Position numbers and translations under genes: made by a program
Notes under the pieces: generated by a model
The model's input: only the letters and a program-made list of their open reading frames with translations
Told to the model about the DNA's origin: nothing
The model's database searches: none
IMG/VR virus record: IMGVR_UViG_3300031552_000001
Span: 96,001-160,000 of that record
Direction: 5' to 3' (one strand)
Source: a virus
Length of the DNA stretch: 64,000 nt
Part shown: positions 47,886 through 57,078 of the stretch, in pieces
How positions within the stretch are numbered: the stretch's first letter is position 1
Layout of the letters: the number at the start of each line of letters is the position of its first letter

Positions 47886-48536
47886 CTAAAAGACAATTAA
47901 GTCCACGGTTTGCTCGTATGATACCCGAAGAATAATGTTCGTATTAGGAGCCGGGTTAAACGTCGGGCTCTCTCGAACGCCGTCATCAACCAAAGATATG
48001 TGAAGCTCCGAATTAGCTGACTGCGTTCCCGGATTGGGCCCTCCGGCACAAGCCCCGTGAAACGCCCATACCTTTACAGTCTCCCCTTGTGTAAGTCTCT
48101 GCCGCATATTGTGAAACGGGTTTTTAATTGAAGAGGTCCACGCGTTTATCCAAGTGTGCCAGTAGTATTTCCCGCACACACTCCCCTCGTAACCCGAAGT
48201 GGAATACCCGTACTGAAGCATATTTACCCAAGAAACTACCCCTTGGATAAAGTAATCGCCGTCTACTGGCGCGGTAAAACGATGCGTTGTCGTATTGAAG
48301 TTACTCCCCAAGTCCCATGTAATGGTGTCTAAATTTATGTCCACTTCCCCAATAGCGCACGATTGAGCAGACGCTAGTTTAACGTTCAAATCGCACACGG
48401 TAGAGGTAGGGCGAGTTAGAATAAAGCCAGAGTAGGTTTTACCGAGACCATGGGGCACTGTATTGTCTACCCACGGCTGTAGGGTGACTCCAGTAAGAAG
48501 AGCAGTACCTGGAAACCTATATGGAGTTCTCGGCAT
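47886..48536 (-). CDS. small virion protein containing a C1q/TNF-like domain
   Basis: FNTTTHRFTAPVDGDYF is a gC1q-type signature. Confidence 0.65.
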   Translation of the reverse strand: MPRTPYRFPGTALLTGVTLQPWVDNTVPHGLGKTYSGFILTRPTSTVCDLNVKLASAQSCAIGEVDINLDTITWDLGSNFNTTTHRFTAPVDGDYFIQGVVSWVNMLQYGYSTSGYEGSVCGKYYWHTWINAWTSSIKNPFHNMRQRLTQGETVKVWAFHGACAGGPNPGTQSANSELHISLVDDGVRESPTFNPAPNTNIILRVSYEQTVDLIVF

Positions 48537-48553
48537 ACGCCTGCCTTGTCTTA

Positions 48554-48802
48554 CTACGTTCTGTTTTCGTCGCCACCTGAAGCTATAAAGTCTTCTATTT
48601 CAAGACTCAATATTTCCTGAAGCGTATCCAAGTTTTGAGTTCCAGCTTTCTCAGAACCCGTTCTGCCTTTCAAGACAGCTCTCATAAACTTCACTTCATT
48701 CTCTAAACGAGCCTTCTCTTTATCCCCCCATTCTTTAACAGCAGTCTTCAAAGCATCGAGGTTTGCGTCTCGTTCTCTTTTTGTAGGGGGCCTCTTAGCC
48801 AT
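48554..48802 (-). CDS. hypothetical protein
   Basis: GAGGG SD; 82 aa helical. Confidence 0.65.
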   Translation of the reverse strand: MAKRPPTKRERDANLDALKTAVKEWGDKEKARLENEVKFMRAVLKGRTGSEKAGTQNLDTLQEILSLEIEDFIASGGDENRT

Positions 48803-48809
48803 AAAACCC

Positions 48810-49604
48810 TCAATAATACTTTTTGATCTTCTCTGCGATAGAATTTCGCAAACGAGATACCTTTGACGGGCTCATATTGAGCTTGTTAGCTATCTCGCCG
48901 GGTCGAAGTTGCGGCTTTCCGCCATCGCCAGTAGTATGCTCCCATACTAACATTTCTTCCGGCGAAAGCTCTGGTTTGATAAACCTAGCTATTTCAGTAG
49001 CTCTAGAAGGCATATGAGTAGCCGGGTCTAAGCCGTACGGAGCAGAAGAAGAATATACCGCTTTTCTTCCTTCAGACAGAGCTCGCTCAACTTCAGGTAA
49101 CGACCATTCGAGATATTCCGAAAGCTCTTGTGATGTAGGTTCTCGACCTAACTGGTCGTCCAGAGTGGCCATCGCGCTGTCGAACACTCCTCGACGGGCT
49201 CCGGTACGAGTTTCAACGATACGGGCAGGGTTTTGGTATGTGGTAAGGAATCTTTGTGGGGCCTTTTTTAGGTAACTACCCACCCACGTGCCCAGTTTGC
49301 CTTTATCTGGGTCATAGGTTCGAAGCGCGCGAAGAAACTGGCTATTATGCTCCGCGTGGATTACCGCGGGGGGCATATCTATTCCGGCCCACCTGTTCGC
49401 GCTTTGCCGAATCATCCCTCTAAATTGGGTCAGCAACGGTCTTAGTTTATCGGGGTCTTCGTTGCTGTCTTTCCACTCTTTCCAGAGCGCGTAATCTTCG
49501 TGCGTCTGTCTTTTAGACGCATCCTTTTCCAGCCACTCTTCGAATTCTGTGTCGGTTATCGGACCAGAAGCATTTAGAGCTTCGATAGAAGAAGGAATAG
49601 ACAA
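48810..49604 (-). CDS. phage RNA polymerase sigma-70 family factor (FliA/SigB-like architecture)
   Basis: Region 2 FLRALRTYDPDKGKLGTWV; region 3 LGREPTSQELSEYLEWS; region 4 ELSPEE...GEIANKLNMSPSKVSRL. Confidence 0.88.
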   Translation of the reverse strand: MSIPSSIEALNASGPITDTEFEEWLEKDASKRQTHEDYALWKEWKDSNEDPDKLRPLLTQFRGMIRQSANRWAGIDMPPAVIHAEHNSQFLRALRTYDPDKGKLGTWVGSYLKKAPQRFLTTYQNPARIVETRTGARRGVFDSAMATLDDQLGREPTSQELSEYLEWSLPEVERALSEGRKAVYSSSAPYGLDPATHMPSRATEIARFIKPELSPEEMLVWEHTTGDGGKPQLRPGEIANKLNMSPSKVSRLRNSIAEKIKKYY

Positions 49605-49617
49605 GAGGATCCTCTAC

Positions 49618-50544
49618 TTATAGCGCCAGCACCCGGTCTACTACTCCCTTATCAGAGCCTGTAAGGGGCTTTTCCTTATCTAGAAATTTCCGCCTTTGTC
49701 CTTTTTTTCCGTCGAACAAGGGGCTCAGAGAAAGCTTAGCGTCTGAGGCCCCCCTGTCTTTCATCTCTTTAGTCGGACAAGGGCATCTGCTGGCGAGCTC
49801 CGTACCTAGATCGGGGTTTACAGGAAGGTTTTCTTCGTTGTCTTTCAACGCCCCCTTTCCGTCCACCAACCCGGTAAGAGGAGGGGTGTACGCCTCTTCT
49901 GCCGTTTTTCTTAAGTAGCAAATCAGGGGATCACTAGAGATGGGGTCTAACGAGCTCATATCGCCTCCTACCGACGACCATTTTTGCTTAGGTTTTGGAG
50001 CAGGCACATAGTCGTCAAGTTTCGCTCCACCCGGAGAGATGCCCGCCATCGGGCCCACCTCTGCCATAGACTTATGAAGTTTGTTTTGAGCCGAAGAGGT
50101 ACTATCCGCAGTGGGGAATTTAGTGCCTCCTGTTATAGGCAATCTAAGGTCTTGACCCGCTGTTGACGCCTTTTTAATTGCCGGTGTTGGTACGGCAGCT
50201 AATGATCGTCTTTCTGCTTTTCTTTCAGCAAGCCTTCTAGCACGAGCAGCTCGATTATTTGCCTCCTGTTGTATATTTCTCTCCAAACTATGACGTATAA
50301 CAGGAACCGCTCCACTAATAATAGCGCCCGTAGCCATAGTACCCGCCAACCAACGAGGCACGGACTTTACCCCACTCGGCAGTATTTTCCCTCGTTGCAC
50401 AAGATTGCTCGCCGCCCCAATAACAGGTCCGCTCAACGCCCCTAATGCCCCAAACTGTAAGGCTTGACGTTGCCTCTCAGACTTATTCAAAAAGGCTGAT
50501 ACCTTTGTAAGTTCATCTAGGAAGAAAGGTACCCAATTTTGCAT
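49618..50544 (-). CDS. hypothetical protein with FxDELxK motif, putative head-associated
   Basis: ATG 50544 overlaps the upstream TGA; begins MQNWVPFFLDELTKVSA; contains Gly-rich hydrophobic segments. Confidence 0.7.
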   Translation of the reverse strand: MQNWVPFFLDELTKVSAFLNKSERQRQALQFGALGALSGPVIGAASNLVQRGKILPSGVKSVPRWLAGTMATGAIISGAVPVIRHSLERNIQQEANNRAARARRLAERKAERRSLAAVPTPAIKKASTAGQDLRLPITGGTKFPTADSTSSAQNKLHKSMAEVGPMAGISPGGAKLDDYVPAPKPKQKWSSVGGDMSSLDPISSDPLICYLRKTAEEAYTPPLTGLVDGKGALKDNEENLPVNPDLGTELASRCPCPTKEMKDRGASDAKLSLSPLFDGKKGQRRKFLDKEKPLTGSDKGVVDRVLAL

Positions 50545-50702
50545 CACTTCACTAATCCTGCCCTTTTCAGTCGTTCGCATTTCTCTACCGTCATTTTCTT
50601 TTTGTACTGGGCTTCTGCTTTCCTGGCATGCGCCTTCTGAGAAATAGACGGCGATGCTTGGGTTTTCTTTAACAACTTAGTGCCTTTTCCGATTGCGATC
50701 AT
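50544..50702 (-). CDS. small basic protein (52 aa)
   Basis: AGGAG SD; MIAIGKGTKLLKKTQASPSISQKAHARKAEAQYKKKMTVEKCERLKRAGLVK; stop coupled to the next start. Confidence 0.6.
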   Translation of the reverse strand: MIAIGKGTKLLKKTQASPSISQKAHARKAEAQYKKKMTVEKCERLKRAGLVK

Positions 50703-50711
50703 GACCAGCTC

Positions 50712-50930
50712 CTATATACCACCACGGGTTACGATTTCAGGCTCCTGCCAGTATACTTGATTCGGAATATAGTCAGAATTGGGTTCTTCATCTTGTGTAA
50801 GAAGCGACGAATACGGCCTATCGTTTCTCATATCCATTCCGTCCTCTTTCTCCGATTGTTGGCTCTCGAGTATCTTACTCAACTCATCGAAAAAAGCAGA
50901 GGTAGTATTAGCAAAAGCGTTTTCGGCCAT
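50712..50930 (-). CDS. small protein with FFDELSK motif
   Basis: AAAGGGG SD; MAENAFANTTSAFFDELSKIL. Confidence 0.65.
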   Translation of the reverse strand: MAENAFANTTSAFFDELSKILESQQSEKEDGMDMRNDRPYSSLLTQDEEPNSDYIPNQVYWQEPEIVTRGGI

Positions 50931-50940
50931 CATTACCCCT

Positions 50941-51390
50941 TTACGAGACGAGGCTCTTATACTCTTTGATGTGTTTACACTCATACCCGGGATTCACGCT
51001 GCCCCTAAATTTCCAATCGTTACACTGACACCCTAAACCCCCTCCTGACAGTTCACGCACCTCGTAAGTCTTTCCCGGTAAAGATTTGCTTTTTATCTTA
51101 CTCACGGGTTTTCCTTTAGCCAACGAGTGCATGGACTGCACATGCATTCTGAGCTTATCGTCTGCGAGGGGGTTGCGCACAAAAGCGTCTACGAATGTTG
51201 GATCCTTCACTTGGGTTAGAAGTTTTGTCCATTTATCCGCTCCTGCTCTAGGGGAGAAAAAATAGTCTACCTTTCTTTGTACGCGCTCTTCTTTAGGGCG
51301 AAAGAAGTCGGTAACTCTTCGCCAAAGCTCTCGCAGCCCTGCGATCTTAGTTATCTCGTCTTCGAAAGCAGCAAGGCCTATAGGATCCAT
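50941..51390 (-). CDS. SWIM zinc-finger protein with FEDEITKIA motif
   Basis: YEVR...GCQCNDW...CKHI (CxC-xn-CxH). Confidence 0.75.
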   Translation of the reverse strand: MDPIGLAAFEDEITKIAGLRELWRRVTDFFRPKEERVQRKVDYFFSPRAGADKWTKLLTQVKDPTFVDAFVRNPLADDKLRMHVQSMHSLAKGKPVSKIKSKSLPGKTYEVRELSGGGLGCQCNDWKFRGSVNPGYECKHIKEYKSLVS

Positions 51391-51393
51391 ACC

Positions 51394-51612
51394 CTAACCT
51401 TGCGCTTGCATCTGCTCGTAAACTCTGCGACCTAAAAGATACTTATCGAGCTCCTTCTTCCCTAAGTGATAGCCGGTAGCCCCAATTCCAATAAGCCCCA
51501 ACGGCTTCCCATACTGTTTCAGAAAAGGCATCAGTTTCTGGGAATGCTCCAAAGCGGCGCCCGCCGCTGATATCTTTGTCAACTCGTCCAAAAACGCTCT
51601 CATGCTAAACAC
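51394..51612 (-). CDS. small protein with FLDELTKISA motif
   Basis: GGAG SD + GTG; single hydrophobic segment. Confidence 0.7.
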   Translation of the reverse strand: MFSMRAFLDELTKISAAGAALEHSQKLMPFLKQYGKPLGLIGIGATGYHLGKKELDKYLLGRRVYEQMQAQG

Positions 51613-51620
51613 GGTAACTC

Positions 51621-54600
51621 CTATGAGCTCAACAAGCCTCTGCTAATTTGTAGCTCTTCCACATAAGCGCGAATTCTACCTCTGGCTCTACCCCTTGGGT
51701 CTAATTCTGGCCTAATCCCAGACGCGGCCTCGTCTCTGCCAACGATGCCCGGACGCTGCACACTACCAGGATTTGCTACTCCTTCCATAAGTGCGTGTAG
51801 AGCTCTCGTGCCGGGAGAAGTAGAAGCTCCTTCCTTTTCAGGCAACTGCACGTCTGTATTGTAGTCCCCAAAAGCCCTACTATGGAAGCCCTCTATCATA
51901 GCGTCAGGGTCTGTGACTTTTCCGTCATCGCCAAATTCTAGATTTTGAGTGCCTAGAATATCCACCATGTTAGCAATAGGGCGCCTAGTAAAGTCTCGGA
52001 TGAACTCATGAACGTTACCCCCTCTCTCCTTGATAAGGCTGTACACCAAGGATAAGCCATCAATAGACTCTTCTACACTACCCGGTACTACGGAGTATTT
52101 GAATTTTTTATCCGAGGTGGTTTCTACATCTACAGTCCCAGGTTCTCCATCAGGAGGGTCAGTTCTACGAGCTTGATCCGTTTTCCATCTTTTCAACAAC
52201 TTATCCTGCTGTTCTTGCCCCAGACTCACATCATCCGTAATAGCCATAGTGCCCAGTAGGGGCGAGTACACAGTCTCCGTTATCTTGTCATTCTTCCATA
52301 TATCCTTAGAAAACCAACCGGGGCGAATCGCGTCCTCAAGGGCAAGCCCGGACCTTTCTACCCTACCGGAACCGGGTATTTGTGTGTACACCAACGTTAT
52401 CTTTTCTGGTACGTCGATCACATCCCCCGAACCAGACGATTTTTTGTTCTCCAAGAAGTAAGAAGTGGGAATGCCAAGAATGTCTGATTGACTCTGTGTC
52501 AGTGACGAAGTTCCGGCTTCTGTGACTTTTTTTACTTTACCTAAAGAGGGTACTATTATTCCCGTCTTTAGTTTGCTGCTTGCCCACATTCTAACGACGG
52601 TTTTACGTATGGTCGTAGTAGAAGAAGTTCTGCTAAGTTGCTTAACTCTAACCTCCGACTCTTCTCCGCGCTGCTCGGACATGCTAGCGGGGTCGAGGCC
52701 CTCCGCTAGTTTCAGCGCGTTCACTACTAAAGTTTGCTCTTTGCCATTTTCAGAAATTTCCGTTCCAAGCACCCCTAAAAACTCATCATCTAACCCTCTA
52801 TGTGTTCTGGCATACACGTAACGAATCGAGGTCGACCCTCCCTGTTGGCCTATGGCATGTGTGTAAGAGTAAACCTTTCCTAGAAACTGAGTAGGCAACA
52901 TTCGTCTGCCAAGCGTCTTCTCGAGTTGTTCCACTACATAAGGGGAAGGAGACGCGCGATCTATAATTACACCAGGAAGGCCTGCAACAACATTGGCGTT
53001 AAAAACACCAGAAATAGTGAGTTGTCGGGCAGACCATCTGTGTAGAAAGAACTGAAAGTTGGCTAGTCTTTGCAAATAGTGAATTTTTTGGGTCTTTTTT
53101 ACGTTCCCGACGGAATCAGATGCATAGGCTGCTTTTATCCCCCACCTGTGGCCGTCCGTAGCCCATTCGAACTTCGGCACGATCCCAGAATGTACCTCAT
53201 GAGGGAGTAATACCCTGGCCCCTTGAGAGAATGAAGCCTTCAACAACTTGCCTCTAACATCCCTGATGTTAGGCGCCAGGTATTCACTCCCTAACAATTG
53301 AGCCCCTTGTCTGCCTCCCGCTAGCATTCCTAACCCAGCATGACAAGAAAGCCTCGTCACCTCTCTCATAAAGTTTCGACTATAGGTTAAATCGAAATAT
53401 TGATCCGGAAACACCACGTTGCATCTAGGAGGAGACACGAAAAATGCTTCAGGAAGAAATAGCTGATTATACAACATGCTAGCACCCGGCACTTTGAGCG
53501 CCTTAGTGCTTTTTTGCACAATTGCTTTATTCAAAAGCGAGTCCAGATTCTCCTGTGACAGCTTAACCAAGTTAAGTGCCTTGGACAGCTTATCTGATAT
53601 GTTCCCTCCAGAATCTTCAGTAGGCAGCCTATCAATAGATGTCTGTATGTCTTCGCTTATGCTCTTAAGGTCCGACGACACACTTTGGGCATTGTCTGCT
53701 CCCGAAGTCTCTACTCGCGTTGCCCCCGCTACGACCTTATCGTAAATCCCCAACAAACTTGTTCTGGCTCTTGCAGCAGACGAGAAAGACGCCCCCTCCT
53801 TACCGATGGCAGTTTCCAACATATGAATAACTTCGACCATTGAGGTAAGCACTCTTTTAAGATCTCCCTTTATTGCACTCCCTTCCGCTGCATCTAGAAA
53901 AGTAGTACTGCCTACCTTCACCGTTCTTTTAGTAGTAACATCACCCCCAGGTACATATCGAGCACACGGGTTTGGGTAGATATTATGGAAGATGTACCTG
54001 TTAACGTGATTTAAGATATCTCTGAACGACACTAAGGACCCTATTGAGGTCATGCCGTTTCGTATCCATTCCATAAAAGCCTTTGCGGCGTACAATCTGG
54101 CTGAGGTCTTATCGGCCGTAACCGCGCCTAACATACTCAGTAGCCCGTAGCGCAACTCTGCAATAGTAAAGAAGTCATTGACCCCGTTATATCCCTTAAA
54201 ATCACTATTTCTGTATTTCAGACCGCCTACAGCTTCAAGAAGGTGAATAAGCCCACCGAGCAACCCACTGCAACTTTGATACTCAGGAGACTTCGGAGCG
54301 GTTGTAATGAGAGAGGAGATTACCCATTGATGGCCGCCAAGGTTATCAAAAATACCGTCTCCAGCCCCAACAAACTGATGTGTCTTGTCCGTAAGGCCGT
54401 TGCCGCTAGCAGAATAGTCAGAGAAGAACTGGTAGCATGTATCCCAATATGATGAGAGGTCCATACATTGCAATACATGCTGTCTACTAGATGAGGCCTT
54501 CTTGTAATGGAACCCAATCACCTCTCCCGTAAACAAGAGTTTATACGCGAAGTCTGCCGTCTCATTTCGATCCATATCGTTCTGCTCTACCCTTACGGTA

Positions 54601-54851
54601 GTGCGAACTTTCGCAGTCTTGTCCGCAGTCTTCCTGGCTATTTCGACTTCGTCGTCCGTTAAATATGAATCCAAATAGAAGAGGTGGACCAACGTCCTAG
54701 GCAGGAAATGAAGACTCATATCTGTAGGTATAATTTGAATCGCTGCCGTAGCAGGCATGTCCGGTTGAACAGTTACATTTGCGGATATGACAGGCACCTC
54801 AATGCCTTCCATGAACAACCTAAGCCCTAATGGAGAAACTTTAGTTGGCAT
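51621..54851 (-). CDS. baseplate hub / tail-tip protein candidate
   Basis: LRLFMEGIEVPVISANV..., LLFTGEV, CMDLSSYW; second gene after the tape measure. Confidence 0.6.
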   Translation of the reverse strand: MPTKVSPLGLRLFMEGIEVPVISANVTVQPDMPATAAIQIIPTDMSLHFLPRTLVHLFYLDSYLTDDEVEIARKTADKTAKVRTTVRVEQNDMDRNETADFAYKLLFTGEVIGFHYKKASSSRQHVLQCMDLSSYWDTCYQFFSDYSASGNGLTDKTHQFVGAGDGIFDNLGGHQWVISSLITTAPKSPEYQSCSGLLGGLIHLLEAVGGLKYRNSDFKGYNGVNDFFTIAELRYGLLSMLGAVTADKTSARLYAAKAFMEWIRNGMTSIGSLVSFRDILNHVNRYIFHNIYPNPCARYVPGGDVTTKRTVKVGSTTFLDAAEGSAIKGDLKRVLTSMVEVIHMLETAIGKEGASFSSAARARTSLLGIYDKVVAGATRVETSGADNAQSVSSDLKSISEDIQTSIDRLPTEDSGGNISDKLSKALNLVKLSQENLDSLLNKAIVQKSTKALKVPGASMLYNQLFLPEAFFVSPPRCNVVFPDQYFDLTYSRNFMREVTRLSCHAGLGMLAGGRQGAQLLGSEYLAPNIRDVRGKLLKASFSQGARVLLPHEVHSGIVPKFEWATDGHRWGIKAAYASDSVGNVKKTQKIHYLQRLANFQFFLHRWSARQLTISGVFNANVVAGLPGVIIDRASPSPYVVEQLEKTLGRRMLPTQFLGKVYSYTHAIGQQGGSTSIRYVYARTHRGLDDEFLGVLGTEISENGKEQTLVVNALKLAEGLDPASMSEQRGEESEVRVKQLSRTSSTTTIRKTVVRMWASSKLKTGIIVPSLGKVKKVTEAGTSSLTQSQSDILGIPTSYFLENKKSSGSGDVIDVPEKITLVYTQIPGSGRVERSGLALEDAIRPGWFSKDIWKNDKITETVYSPLLGTMAITDDVSLGQEQQDKLLKRWKTDQARRTDPPDGEPGTVDVETTSDKKFKYSVVPGSVEESIDGLSLVYSLIKERGGNVHEFIRDFTRRPIANMVDILGTQNLEFGDDGKVTDPDAMIEGFHSRAFGDYNTDVQLPEKEGASTSPGTRALHALMEGVANPGSVQRPGIVGRDEAASGIRPELDPRGRARGRIRAYVEELQISRGLLSS

Positions 54852-54854
54852 AGT

Positions 54855-56840
54855 TTAAACAACCGGGTCTATGGGCGCCCCGTCAGCGTCCTCTGCGGTA
54901 ATACCAGAAGTGTCCGTGTCACTTACAGGAACATTTCCATTGTAAGCCTCCTGCAAAAGCAGGGAGCGCCGTTCTGCACTTAACGCAGTAGATTGAATAG
55001 TGCCGTTCTGCCCGTATACGTACGCTAGCGAATCTGGACTGTCCCCTTGTTCTGTGTTGTCTGAGCTGTCCGTATTTCCGTACACTTCATCGAGGGTTAA
55101 TGCAATTTTATCCGCATTAGGCTCAGTTCTATCGATATCATTCGGAAGGTCTGCTTCTGCTTCAGCGATACTTTCATCAATATTTTCTTGAGATTCAATT
55201 AGCCCAGAGTAATCGGCCCCTCCATACGCCAAGTCGTACGAGGCGTCATTCGGTCGAGAAGCCGCATTGGGTGTGTATTCCACAGACTTGAACACGTCCC
55301 CTATTTTTGCGTCTCCTACTCTATCTAACCACCCCTCCCAGGTTCTACGAGCTGCGCCGCCTACGAACATGCTCACCCCGGGAATGAACGCTCCGTCTTT
55401 TAACCCATCTCCGATCATCTTTACGTTTTGTGGGGTTATTCCTATAGCGGAGGTAACGACTCCCAAGGGGTTCTCGACAAAATTAGCAGCTGTAAGCAGC
55501 ATCCCATATCCTTCTCTTACAGCGGACACTACAGAAGAAATAGTGCTGAGAAGATCTCCAGCCGCGGCCCTGATATTGAATAGGGCGAGTTGCTGCTGAA
55601 AAGCACGCATAAAGAAATTGCGCCCTTCTGCGTCAGACATAACTTTCGCATACTGACTTTTAGTGAGCAAATCTTTCAGAGATGTGGGAAGGGTACGAGT
55701 AGGGTACTCGTCGTAGTTCTCATAAATCATACCTCTAGATGTGTTTGTTACCGCAGATACCCACGATGGTGCAAATTTGGCAGGGCCCATAATCGTCAGC
55801 TTATTTCCGGGAATCAGAACGCCGTTCACCTCTATGCTTCCGAATCGATCTCCCGTGGCTACGTCAAAACTCGAGGTGCCTACTGATACGATATTTGCGG
55901 AAGACGCAGCAATTTCTCCCTCAGCAGATAGGGTAAGAAAACTGGCTGCTCCAATCGGCATTCGTAACGTTCTTCCACCCAACAGTCGGTTGGCAATGTC
56001 TAGTTTATCACCGAGCCAAGTCGCCGCTGAATTCCAAGCCTGTACTCCACTCCTAAGCAAAGCTAGCGCACTGTTAGTTTGGGGCAACTGGGAAGATAGG
56101 CTTCCTGTCATATTTTCTCGACGCACTGCTAAAGTAGTAGAAACAAACTTTTTACGGCTTTCTTCCAAAGCCTGATTCAGTATCTCTAAGCTCTCTGCTC
56201 GTACGCCTGGGAATCGAGTTTCTCCAATAACAGAATACTCGTGGTAGTCCGTCATCAGCATTGTCATGGAAAACGAGACTTGATAAGGGCTATCCGCGTC
56301 ATCTACAGCAACGGCGCTTAACGGGTACCCTTCTATAACAAGCGTGTCGTACGCAAGGTAGCATCTTGCATTGAGCTGTACGAGCTTAGATCCCCGAAGG
56401 TAGTTTTCGTAATTGTACCAAAATTGAGCTCTCCAGTTAAAGTCCTCCGTATTCATTAACTGGCCGCTGAATGTAACCATTCTAGGACGCTCTCCAAAGA
56501 AGTACACAAAAGTGTCTCCGAACGTCTCAATGATTTGCTGCCGCTCCATGCGCTGGTCTTGTACTTGTTGTAAAATAAAATCTGAGTATTCTGATACCCT
56601 CCCCATGCCTCCCGTAGTTTGTGCAGATTCCGGTACGGCCGAGCTAGAAGCTAGGGGTATGGGCTCTCCGGTCGGTCTTCTAACAGAGAGTACTGCATAA
56701 GTGTCGTCTTTTATTTGAATGCCGCGATAAGGTCTACGTATAGCAGCATCCTCTTTTAGCACCTTTTGTGTTTCTAGTGCCTGTCCTCCAGACAATCGAC
56801 TCTGAGACTCAAAGCTGTCTCTTTCCAAGAAGATGAACAT
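54855..56840 (-). CDS. tail tube-initiator-like protein candidate
   Basis: FILQQVQDQRMERQQIIETFG..YFFGERPRMVTFSGQL; position after tape measure. Confidence 0.5.
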   Translation of the reverse strand: MFIFLERDSFESQSRLSGGQALETQKVLKEDAAIRRPYRGIQIKDDTYAVLSVRRPTGEPIPLASSSAVPESAQTTGGMGRVSEYSDFILQQVQDQRMERQQIIETFGDTFVYFFGERPRMVTFSGQLMNTEDFNWRAQFWYNYENYLRGSKLVQLNARCYLAYDTLVIEGYPLSAVAVDDADSPYQVSFSMTMLMTDYHEYSVIGETRFPGVRAESLEILNQALEESRKKFVSTTLAVRRENMTGSLSSQLPQTNSALALLRSGVQAWNSAATWLGDKLDIANRLLGGRTLRMPIGAASFLTLSAEGEIAASSANIVSVGTSSFDVATGDRFGSIEVNGVLIPGNKLTIMGPAKFAPSWVSAVTNTSRGMIYENYDEYPTRTLPTSLKDLLTKSQYAKVMSDAEGRNFFMRAFQQQLALFNIRAAAGDLLSTISSVVSAVREGYGMLLTAANFVENPLGVVTSAIGITPQNVKMIGDGLKDGAFIPGVSMFVGGAARRTWEGWLDRVGDAKIGDVFKSVEYTPNAASRPNDASYDLAYGGADYSGLIESQENIDESIAEAEADLPNDIDRTEPNADKIALTLDEVYGNTDSSDNTEQGDSPDSLAYVYGQNGTIQSTALSAERRSLLLQEAYNGNVPVSDTDTSGITAEDADGAPIDPVV

Positions 56841-57070
56841 TAGCTTTGTCCTGCTGTATAGCGTTCTTTAAGAAGAAACTCTTTGAATAGAGGTTCTACT
56901 TCTGAACCGGGATCGGTGCCCACAGACAATCTGTATATCTCCCTATTAACCAAATGAAGAAATACGTCGTCCACGTTAATCCTATCCACCAAGCGAATGG
57001 TAATTTTCCCCCTCTCCTGAGCCGTGAGGGTTAGTTTTTGGTCAAACCTGGAGCTCTCTTCATCCGCCAT
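56840..57070 (-). CDS. hypothetical protein
   Basis: AGGTG SD; coupled to the next gene. Confidence 0.65.
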   Translation of the reverse strand: MADEESSRFDQKLTLTAQERGKITIRLVDRINVDDVFLHLVNREIYRLSVGTDPGSEVEPLFKEFLLKERYTAGQS

Positions 57071-57078
57071 TTAGTCAC

